Origin: Octopus bimaculoides
Taxonomy: Eukaryota
NCBI RefSeq assembly: GCF_001194135.2
Contig: NC_068981.1
Location: forward strand, 8,992,142-9,056,141
Direction: 5' to 3'
DNA: 64,000 bases
Every line of letters starts with the position of its first letter. Position 1 is the first letter of the stretch. The notes under the pieces are model-generated. The model was not told the DNA's origin, made no database searches, and saw only the letters and a program-made list of their open reading frames with translations. Of this stretch, positions 25,791 to 34,300 are shown one piece after another. The position numbers and the translations under genes were made by a program.

Positions 25791-26269
25791 CCTGCCACCA
25801 CGCGCTGAAAGCCGCCATTATGGAGAGGAGAGCATCGAAAGGGAGTCACATTAAAAAACCTATTTATGTCTTACAATGATATGGTAGACACCAAATCCTA
25901 CTTCGAAATGATAAAATAAAGTTAGGAAAATGATTTGCGACCAAAAGAAACCAGCTGGATTCTTTACTTCAGCCAGATCGGCGAAATGAAAGCCGATTTG
26001 GTTGTCAATGCCGAGGTAGTGGCAAGAATGTCTCGTTTCCGATAGAAAGAAAAAAATTAGTGAAGCCATTTCTTACCTATTCGAGGAACACTGGCAATGT
26101 ACTGGAAGTGTTCTGACTCCTGGGCACTACTGTCCTGTTGTAGTCCCTCAAGAAGCTTGAGCAGAGCTTCCTGGGGGACCTTACACCCTCATCCCTTCAG
26201 GTCAGCATATTTGGTGAGTCGGAATTTCGGATCCAAATCGTGAGCGACAGGATCGAAAGGTCGCCGCAT
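529..26269 (-). CDS. SEPHS2: Selenide, water dikinase (selenophosphate synthetase, SelD/SPS family), Sec(UGA)-type, 3'-partial. join(26077-26269, 10859-10962, 6348-6497, 2722-2834, 1161-1351, 529-741); last exon lies left of the window
   Basis: Six GT-AG exons (193, 104, 150, 113, 191, 213 nt) splice in frame (phases 1,0,0,2,1,1) to give 321 codons containing [61 protein letters not shown] and [13 protein letters not shown]. The symbol reflects the Sec codon; the protein sequence itself also closely resembles vertebrate SEPHS1. Confidence 0.96.
1055..1160. repeat. 50-bp tandem duplication abutting the SPS exon 5 donor
   Basis: Units start at 1055 and 1105 with 4 differences; third start (atatac, 1155) is the true donor. 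Confidence 0.9.
1161..1351 (-). CDS. SEPHS2: SPS coding exon 5: (M)[63 protein letters not shown]
   Basis: ORF track 1153-1419; acceptor tttcag, donor GTATAT. Confidence 0.96.
2722..2834 (-). CDS. SEPHS2: SPS coding exon 4: [37 protein letters not shown](M)
   Basis: Acceptor ccctgaag (AAG type, weaker), donor GTAAGG. Confidence 0.93.
3022..3225 (+). mobile_element. Second SINE family (central domain resembles the Meta-SINE domain, from memory); copies near 10515-10685(-), 12000-12150(-), 32575-32790, 49215-49340(-) and 62135-62290
   Basis: Recurring gagttcaaattcc..gaggtcgactttgcctttcatcctttcggggtcgataaa..agtaccagtt and ggccttgtgcc 3' part. Confidence 0.65.
5325..5972. mobile_element. piggyBac-like MITE (CCCTTT...AAAGGG|TTAA), interrupted; further copies at 6031-6248 and 11829-12000
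   Basis: Same internal sequence in three copies; right ends aagggttaa at 5972 and 6248. Confidence 0.65.
5398..5814. mobile_element. MITE with CCGTA-type termini (pogo/Tc2-like), nested in a TTAA-type MITE
   Basis: ctgtatttgatggcctaaaagatg versus cgtcttgcaggccatcaaatatgg; TA on the right flank. Confidence 0.7.
6348..6497 (-). CDS. SEPHS2: SPS coding exon 3: [50 protein letters not shown]
   Basis: Acceptor tttttag, donor GTCAGT, phase 0-0. Confidence 0.96.
7917..8562 (+). mobile_element. tRNA-type SINE with an internal (TG)/(TA) microsatellite; related copies near 2330-2700, 18950-19190, 28130-28260, 33915-34070, 51110-51270 and 54150-54270(-)
   Basis: A/B-box-like head (ggcgtggctgggtggtaag...ggttcaggccc), central ttgggcaagtgtcttctactatagcc, tail ending gaaacaagtaaaag. 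Confidence 0.75.
10859..10962 (-). CDS. SEPHS2: SPS coding exon 2: (G)[34 protein letters not shown]
   Basis: Acceptor ttttgtag, donor GTAAGT, SPS motifs. Confidence 0.96.
12253..12298 (-). ncRNA. Minimal type I hammerhead ribozyme motif (Penelope type, palindromic stem III), intact
   Basis: Minus strand reads GACAC CUGACGA A GGCUG(GAGGGUAUAU)CAGCC GAA AC GU U GUGUU: stem I GACAC/GUGUU, stem II of 5 bp, loopless ACGU stem III, GUU cleavage triplet. Confidence 0.72.
12448..12490 (+). ncRNA. Hammerhead motif, defective copy (3-nt deletion at the cleavage site / stem I)
   Basis: GACAC CTGACGA A GGCTG...CAGCC GAAACGT GTT; lacks TGT relative to the other arm. Confidence 0.6.
14613..15171. mobile_element. 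MITE with about 40-bp TIRs and TA target duplication (Tc1/mariner type)
   Basis: ttcggatcttttttaaaacgggggccacatttttcattaa versus ttaatgaaaaatgtggcccccgttttaaaaaagatcccaa; additional internal inverted repeat aaccaatcactgac / gtcagtgattggtt. Confidence 0.85.
16314..16691. other. Assembly artefact: identical 184-bp duplication across a 10-N gap (likewise about 17746-17977 and 36115-36165). Gaps at 2883-2892, 8110-8233, 16498-16507, 17849-17875, 25040-25651, 36135-36144, 42087-42423
   Basis: 16314-16497 equals 16508-16691 on either side of the Ns. Confidence 0.8.
20600..22345 (+). mobile_element. RTE-clade LINE relic, reverse transcriptase region with stops and frameshifts
   Basis: ORF pieces [41 protein letters not shown] (YADD at 21585-21596) and C-terminal RRRPRKT. 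Confidence 0.9.
23440..24620 (-). mobile_element. Old, highly degenerate RTE-like LINE fragment
   Basis: Minus-strand translation gives [22 protein letters not shown], resembling the RTE C-terminal region. Confidence 0.5.
25652..25800. repeat. (AC)n-CTGCCAAC minisatellite next to a 612-N gap
   Basis: Four cacacctgcca(a/c)c units. Confidence 0.85.
26077..26269 (-). CDS. SEPHS2: SPS coding exon 1: [27 protein letters not shown](TGA)[37 protein letters not shown]
   Basis: ATG at 26269. The ORF track stops at 26189, but homology continues past the TGA (GCKVPQ) to the donor G|GTAAGA at 26076. Confidence 0.94.
26142..26191 (-). promoter_or_regulatory. UGA recoding cassette: Sec codon (26191-26189), GGG-UGU hexamer and Sec-redefinition-element-like hairpin (26180-26142)
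   Basis: mRNA reads UGA GGGUGUAA GGUCCC C CAGGAAGCU (CUGCUCA) AGCUUCUUG A GGGACU: 6-bp and 9-bp stems separated by one C.A mismatch, 7-nt loop. Confidence 0.8.
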
Positions 26270-26488
26270 CGACAGATCTCGAGGTTCCTCCGGTGGGCAT
26301 GCTTCCTGAACATCTAAAAGTAAAAGGAAAAAAATTCTAATTCTACTCAACTGAAAAATGACACGAGCAAAATTTTGAAAAGAGGAGAAAATATTGACCG
26401 GACATAATTGCTTGTTCGTTTCTGTGAGCCACGTTATGGCGTCGTCGAGAGAATGGTGAGAGAAAGACCCGGATGGAGAGGGACTCAC

Positions 26489-26560
26489 TCTTGATTCGAC
26501 TGGGACAGAGGCTTTACTATGGTGCACCGAACGGAACATAAATATATCTGCAAGCACGCA
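26489..26560 (-). other. Putative non-coding first exon of SPS, with a 175-nt 5' UTR intron at 26314-26488; upstream boundary uncertain
   Basis: Donor AGA|GTGAGT at 26488, pyrimidine tract plus ttttag acceptor at 26314, locally CpG-rich sequence. Confidence 0.55.
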
Positions 26561-26569
26561 CAAAAAATT

Positions 26570-26765
26570 TATATGCAGATATATACGTATAAAATTTTAT
26601 GTAGATTATTATAATATATATATGTATTATATATACATAAATATTATATTATAGTTGTAGATTACATCATATATATATATGCATATACATATATTTATGT
26701 ATACATATATATGTATATATAATTATATATATTTATATATCATATGTATACATGTATACACACAC

Positions 26766-26798
<33 letters not shown>

Positions 26799-26870
26799 CG
26801 TGTGTGTATGTATGTGTGTGTCTGTGTATGCATATATTTATATTTATATTTATATATACAGTATACAATT
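26570..26870. repeat. Complex (TA)n/(TG)n microsatellite immediately upstream of the SPS 5' end
   Basis: Direct reading. Confidence 0.9.
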
Positions 26871-27144
26871 TGATTTGTGAGTTAAAGAGATGTTTATTAT
26901 TATTTGGCTATTTTTACTTTTAATAACAATAATATTTAATCTAATGTGAGAATAGGGGAAATTATATTCATTATGTTATATAATTATATTAATTATATGT
27001 GAAATAATTGCAGATACCCCCCCATTCCCCCACCACACCACTCCTTGTCCTTTACCACTATAATGCAAAGCCTTTTCTTCATAAACATTCTTACTGATAT
27101 TTCTGAAATATACGGTGGATTAATTTCATTGTGACGCAATACAC

Positions 27145-27177
<33 letters not shown>

Positions 27178-28449
27178 AAACTGAATTCAAATGGTGGCAA
27201 GGTGTCGAACCATCATTAAAGATTTAGTCACAACCATAGTCCAACCTATAGCAGTCTGGAAGGTGAGTGTTAAATGAGGAATTGTTGTTGTTGCTCTCAA
27301 CAGAAGGCACGAAGTGGTTATTATAAAATATTTTGTGTGTGTGTGTGTCCCCATTTGGGTTTGGCTACCTTAACAACACTGCTTCTTCTTGAAATCAGGC
27401 TGGCCCCAGGAGCTGCAGCACATCATTGCCACAGATGCAAAAGCTGGCACCAACTACTAAATATTTAGCATTGGAGAGAAAAATCAATAAACCTCATGCT
27501 TTCTTGGTTCCTCTTTGCTTGGTGTCTCTAAGAGAAGAATTATAATTGGCCTTCAGCAATTTACAGATGGAAAGATACACTGATATAAAAAAGATTTGGA
27601 ACCAAATGTGCCTCAAAGAATTTGTAACACATTTAAGTTTCAGGCAATTTGATGAATATACAAAGTTATTTGAAAATATGATCTTTTAAATATTTGATTT
27701 CAGACAAAATCTGCTGGACTTGATAAAATGTGAAAAGGTTTCTTCATGCTATAAGTTTTCTGCATCCTTCTACAGGCATCTCCTAGAGCAAGCCATTATA
27801 TTTGAGGAAGAATGAATGCATTCAATTATTGTTATTTTTTATTTCAAAGAGCTGGGATCCCCCAGTTTCTAAAAATAACTTTAAAATAACACAGACAACA
27901 ACTCAAAATTTTAAGAGAGAGAGTTTTGCAAAGCATAATGTGATGTCTAGCCAGAAACTTTACAGAATAAATAGGCTCATAGACTGTAGAAATCTTTGTA
28001 AATTGAAGGCCAAAACAAGAACTATGTCATGAAATTTACTCCAATTTTGGAAATTTAAAATGTGGACAAGTCATGAATTAAGGGTACAGAGTTAGAAAAC
28101 AGGATCAGAGAGGTGTGGATAAAGAAATACAACATGGCAGTTATGGGGTTCTAGGAGTGTCTTCAACTCTAACCCCAGGTTGACCAAAGCCTTGTGAGCA
28201 GGTTTGGTCGACAGAAACTGAAAGAAGCCTGTCATGTGTGTGTGTGTGTGTGTGTGTGCACACGCATGCGCTCTTGGAGTTGAATAACAATAGGGTGGGT
28301 GGAGTGGGTGTATTGTTAGTAGAAAAGTAGATGAAGTGATGGTGCGGGTGGTGAGAGTATGAATCATGAAGTTGAGACTAAATCCTCAACAAAGCTAGAG
28401 TGAGAGAGTTCTGTTTGTATACACACCACAAACAACATCAGTGGTTTAT

Positions 28450-29340
28450 CAGAGAAGAACCTCTTCTATGAGGATCTCCTGTAAATTACCTCAACATAAA
28501 GGACATAGACCATGTTATCATGTTGGATAATGCCAGAATGCCTTCTATGGCCTACAGGAAAGATCAGGAATTAAGGCCCACAGGGCTCAATCATAAGAAA
28601 TGGCTTATTTGGAATATGAATTTCAGGAAACTGGCAAACTAGTTGTTCATCAATCAATCAAACAAATACATTGGGATGGTTATAGTTCCAAGAGCCTTTT
28701 TTGGTAACAAATGGTCCCTTGTTCGTCTATAGAGAATGATGCTGCAAAGTTGTGATGAGTGACCCATAAATTCAGAGGATTTGCAAAAAGTAGAAATAAA
28801 TAAAGAAAGCAAGTTTACGATTTGAAAAGATGGATTCTTAGGAATTATTTACTGCAAAGTTTACACATTATTAATATGTTTGTCACCACGATGACAACTG
28901 CAAAGAGAAGAGGCTTGTTATGAACACTCTTCATGGTATAGACAATACTCCAGCACACACACACACACATCCTAATCATGGACCAAATTTCTTGGGTCTT
29001 TGATTTTTATCAAAGTTCCTGGCTCCAAGTACCATTCTTTTGTTTCAGCCCATGGGTCAGTAACTGTAAGCCAAGTTTTTTTTCTTTCTAAATATCCTTA
29101 AAACACCTATTTAAGATGCATTTGGAAGTGACTTTGTCTGGGAATTTCACATAAAAAGGATTTTGGAATAGTTGCTTTAACATTGCAGATGTACGTTTAA
29201 GAGAGAAATGAAGAAGAGAGTTTTCTTCAAGCTGCTTCAACTTTGGTAAGCATTGTGAACTGATGTTGTCTCTTCAATGGATTTTGAAATATTTGAGAAC
29301 AGAGGAGGTTTTGGACTACTTTCTGAGCCTGGAGGTGAAG
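28450..29340 (+). mobile_element. pogo/Tigger-type DDE transposase relic
   Basis: Frameshifted motifs IDNTPAH, FLAPSTILLFQPMGQ and KDFWNSCFNI resemble MDNAPAHP, FLPPNTTPLIQPMDQ and EFWKEHFNI. Confidence 0.65.
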
Positions 29341-30129
29341 AGAGAGAACATAAATGAGTTGGTTGAGAAGCAGGAAAGAGCTAGAAGCCCCTGCATCATT
29401 TGTGGCTGAGAGAAAGAATCATTCTCAAATCAGATGTTATCAGAACAGCTGAGTTGATCCAGCAGGTCATGGCCATCATCATCATCAACAACAACTACAA
29501 TGGCCTGATGAGGTTCCATCATTGAACGACTGAAGGGAGAGGAATTAAGAATCAGATGTGGGGTTCATGAGAACCTTATGTACAAGTCTTACAGGATGAG
29601 GAAAGAACAATTCATGTTTGGTAAAAGTTGGAAGAATTTGTATGAGCCCCAACAAATCAGGAGTCTTAAGACTCCTGTAGGGTGTGATTGTAGGAAACAC
29701 CAAATGGTAGATCCAGAGTACTAAGGGCTGGTTGGGGGCTACCATTGTTGTCATGCAAGCATGGAAAGCGGACGTTAAGCAATGATGATGATGATGGTAT
29801 ATATATCATATATGTAATGTATGTGTGTGTGTGTATATATATATATGTATGTGTATATATATATGTGTGTGTGTGTGTGTATGTATCTGTATACATATGT
29901 ATATCTTTTTTACTTATTTCAGCTCAAGGACCATGGCCCCTGTCCAGTGAGTGATTTGATCTGTAACTATGTTGAAACTAAAACACTTATTAATGACTTC
30001 AAAGAAATAAAGCTCTCAGAATCTAACAGAGACAATAGGAAGCTGCAGCAAATGTGACAGTAGTAGTAGTAGTGACAGCAGCAGTAGTAGTAGCAGTGCT
30101 AGTAGTTAAATTAGTACAACTAATGAATT

Positions 30130-30580
30130 CTAAAGGTGTAAATTCTGTTATTATTTCTTAAAGTAATTAGATTAGTAAAAACCAGAGAAAAAATATGTGG
30201 ATTCTCAGGTTCCCAGAAGGTGTAAATATGGTGGTTAATTGAGCAGTTTAATTGAAACGTAGCCTCGTTCTTTCCAAGCAATCTTTGTTGGGAAATGTGC
30301 ACCTTCTGCTCACAAAACCATATTTCTTGGTCAGGATTATCTTCATTGAGAGTATGAACCATTCTTGGAATGGAAGTTATTCAATGAAACAACTTCAAAA
30401 TGCAATGAACACATGATTTTGAAATTCCTATTTTACAAACTTACCGGCTGCACATATTTTTTTAACTTGGGCAATATGCTTTAAGTCCCCTCCTTTGTTC
30501 TTCAGTCTTCCAGAACATCTCCTTAGGACATTTTGAACTACAGTTCCATCTGCTTCTAACTTAACTTTAATCGAAGCTAC
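30130..30580 (-). mobile_element. Tc1-like transposase relic (DUF4817-HTH type N-terminus)
   Basis: KLEADGTVVQNVLRRCSGR and LNEDNPDQEIWFCE...NEATFQLNCSINHHIYTFWEPENPH. Confidence 0.65.
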
Positions 30581-30589
30581 TATGATCTG

Positions 30590-31360
30590 CTGGATTTGTA
30601 ATGTCAGTGTGCACACATGACAGAGTGTAAACGCCCTGAGAGAAATGTTAAACATAAGAAGCATCAGATGTGACATGCAAGAGAGACGTTTGCGTTGGTA
30701 TGGTTATGTACTATGGATGGACAAAGAGAGCTGTGTGAAGAAGTGTCATTCTCTAACAGTGGATGGAACCTGTAGAAGAGGTAGACCCAGGAAGACATGG
30801 AATGAGGTGGTGAAGCATGACCTTTGAACGTTGGGCCTCACAGAGGCAATGACAAAAGACGAAGACCTCTAGAGATATGCTGTGATTGAGAAGACCCGGC
30901 AAATAAAGTGAGTGGACAGCTGTAACCTACACCAGTGTCGCATAACCAGCCCACTTAAAAAGTACCTTTGAATCGTCAGGCGACCTGCTGTGCCTGAGGA
31001 GACCTATTGAGTCAAGTAAAGTCAAAATCAAAATCAAATCAAACAACAATCAAATGGAAATTGTAGTTGTGTCTGATGCCAGTGATGTCTGACTGGCTCC
31101 CGTGCTGGTGGCACGCAATAAGCACCATTCATGCGTGGGTCGTTGCCAGTGTCACCTGACAGGCTCCTGTACTGGTAGCATATAAAAAGTACCATCCGAA
31201 CATGGCTGATATCAGAGTGGTTGGTGTTAGGAAGAGCATCCAGCTGTAGAAACATTGCCAGATCAGACTGGAGCCTGGTGCGGCCTCCTGGCCTGCCAGT
31301 CCCCAGTCAAACCGTCCAACCCATGCCAGCATGGAAAACGGACGTTAAACGATGATGATG
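30590..31360 (+). mobile_element. 5'-truncated RTE LINE: ORF end, 3' UTR and (ATG)n tail
   Basis: ORF 30645-30827 (RRLRWYGYV...RRGRPRKTWNEVVKHDL) runs into the common 3' UTR/tail repeat. Confidence 0.88.
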
Positions 31361-34300
31361 GTGGTAAGTTATACAGGGGAATCTGTTTGAAACTCGCTCC
31401 AAAACTGTCTTTACGCTTTGTCTGGATGTTTAAACTTCCAGTAGATTTCCTTCTTTCAAAGCTTTGTCTGGCTCCCTTCATTATATGTAATGGGTTAAAT
31501 CGAAAACGAATGTAAATTAAGTAAAATACCAGCTTTAAAAGTGTGTATACATCTTTTATGGTGGTGGTGGTGCGGCGGACACCCGTATTTATGAAACCTG
31601 CCTTAATTGTTACACCAATGCACATCCGTAGTTCTGAAAAGCGCACCAATTGATATAACCTCGCCTCTCTGTAATAAAAAGTGAGGGAGACATTCTTATT
31701 TTCCTGTCTCGTTCACCACGTGTTTGTTTCTGCCGAAATATTTGGGTTTTTAAATAGAAATTGTCGTTAATCGACATTTCCATATTTTACTACATTTGAA
31801 AATTTAACACTTTGTATATTGATTTTTACGTAGATTTTTTTAAAACAAATTATTTTGCCGTCGTAAATCTCATCAACGTTTTATGCAATCATAGAAAAAA
31901 TTAATTTCCCTCACAAATCTTCAATTAATTTTAATTTTAATGCTGTCAGCTTTTGTTTAAAAATCTAACTTCCACCAGAAAGCACCTCCACTGGATTTGA
32001 TCTCTATTATCGATGTAGTAATAGTAAAATTGATATACCCAGTATTTTAAAATAAATTTCAGATTTCAGAAATGCTAACAGAATTCCGCTGTTTAAACAA
32101 CACAAATAGAAGGCCAACTGGTTTTTTAAATGTCTATTTATCAACAGCTCACACCATAAAACATTGTTTTATTTGGGTAGGGGGGAATGTAGCAGAACAG
32201 GATTTCGATTGGGAAAATTTATTTATCAATAAAGGAGACACAGTAACAAGAGGGGCGAGAAAGAGAGAGAGAAAATAACATAGTGTATGACGAAGTAACA
32301 AGGAGTTCGCCAAGTTGCCAATTTAGTGAAACCGTTACTGACAAGGGAGGTAATTTACACTAATTCACACACAAAACGAGACTTTTTAAAATTTCTTTTC
32401 AACTTAAAATTTCCTTTAAGTGCTTGTAATTTATTTTTTGTAACCGATCTGAAGGGGGGAAATCGCAGGGAAACTTTAATAAACGATCGATTTAACAGAT
32501 CTTTTTTTTAAATCAGCTATTAAATAGCAGAAATTGTTGCCGTTGTGTAAAAACGACTAATTAACGGTTTCAATGTTGATTTAATGCAGCGAGCTGACAC
32601 GCCGGATAAATTGCTCACCAGTATTTCGTCTGTCTTTATGCTTTGGGTTTAATTTCCGCCGAGGTCGACTTTGCTTGTCATTCTTTCAGGGTCGATAAAA
32701 TAATACCAGTAAACTACTGGAGTCCATTTAATCAATTAGCCGCCTCCCCCGAAATTTCAGGCCTTGTGCCAGATATTCAAATTTAAAATATCACATCTCT
32801 ACCCTCAGTAACTTAACTAAAAACGTGGCCTTTATTCCGGTTCAACTTGCTGACAACAAACGAAAAAATTATTTTAGTAACTTGAAATATTTAATAATTT
32901 CTAAATTATATCAAAATGTTATATAATAATAATGATGATGATGTGTATTAGTTACATATTCTGTTAAGACCTAATTTTTTTCAATAAGCCGGGTCAACCA
33001 ATTTGCTAATTTCACAAACTTTTTTTTTTTTTTTTTAAATCTTATATTGGACCTGTTTTAAAAACGAAAAATAAAAACTGCGTAAGTTTACACGATAATG
33101 ATTAAACTGAAAACTTTGTATGTTGTCAGAGTTTGGTGGGGGAAAATAAAAACAATTTACATGCCACCCTTCATCCCGAAAATGTTTAAAAGCCAATTAT
33201 TTCGTAATATCTGGAATTATTTAATATTTTCAAGCGATTTTATAAATATCTTCCTCCAACATTGATGACCGTTTAATACCTGTTATACTCCTCGTTGTTG
33301 AAGTTCACCTTAATTACAACCTAGCTAAGTTAAAACTACCACTCGGTTCCCTTCAACAACAACGCAACATGTCGTTGTCGTCAAGTCACAGAAACTGTAA
33401 TGTAGTTAGAATTAGTTGGTTTATAAAATGATTGTACATTTCAAATTATTTTTTTCCACTTTTAATATATCGCTTTCCAATCTAATAAAGAAGATGCTAT
33501 TTAGCTACTGCTATTACAATTACCATTGAACGTAAGTCATAAACTCTTTCTCTCTCTCTGTGTTGTGGTGGTGCAACGAATTTTATTGATTCCGACTTTA
33601 AAATAGAGTTTTATTGACAAAAATTATACGAGTGGGGAGATAATGATGAAATATGATAAAGAAATAGGCCAAAAACATAGCGGTTATGTATCAAGGGTTG
33701 TTACGTGAGTAGAGATAACCCACATACGCAAAAAGAAAATAGACCAAGACTACATGACACACGAAATTGATAGGACTGAAGTGTGTGTATGTGAGGTGGG
33801 GAAGTTAATTATTATATTTCCATCCCCGTCTGAGGTATTTCATGAATATATTCCAGTACATGACGGGTACTTTATCTAAATGTAAAGGACCATTTCAAAA
33901 CAGTACAAGCATATTGTCTGAGTGTGGCTATGTGGTTAAGAAGTTGGTTTCTGAACACAGTTTTGGATTCAGTCTCACTATATGACACCTTGAACAAAGA
34001 TCTATCTACTAACCAACTATTACATTAGATTTAGTAGATAAAAGGTGAAAGAAGCCCATATATATATATATATATATGATTTCTTTTACTTGTTTCAATA
34101 ATTAGACTGCAGCCAATGCTGGGGCACTGCCTTGAAGAATTTTAGCCAAACGATATATATGCTTTTAATTGTTTCAGCCCTAAGTCTGTGGCCATGATGG
34201 AGCACATCTTTGTCTTGACATTGGGTGATAGTCATAAGCAAGTGTTGGTCATACAAGCAGTATAGAAAATATAATCTTGCTTGGAAATGAGTAATAATGG

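Larger units (their letters stand above)
25800..26560 (-). promoter_or_regulatory. CpG-retaining region around the SPS transcription start
   Basis: Many CG dinucleotides against a CpG-poor intronic background; coincides with the 5' exons. Confidence 0.55.

Noticed and set aside
10963-26076. Alternative, non-Sec first coding exon (SPS1-like isoform) in the long intron
   Set aside because: No second KG-x-GCKVP exon was found by eye. The 612-N gap at 25040-25651 is large enough to hide one, so it is not excluded.
29503-29535. Hammerhead-like CTGATGAG-GTTC...GAAC
   Set aside because: Followed by GACT rather than GAAA, with no stems I or III.
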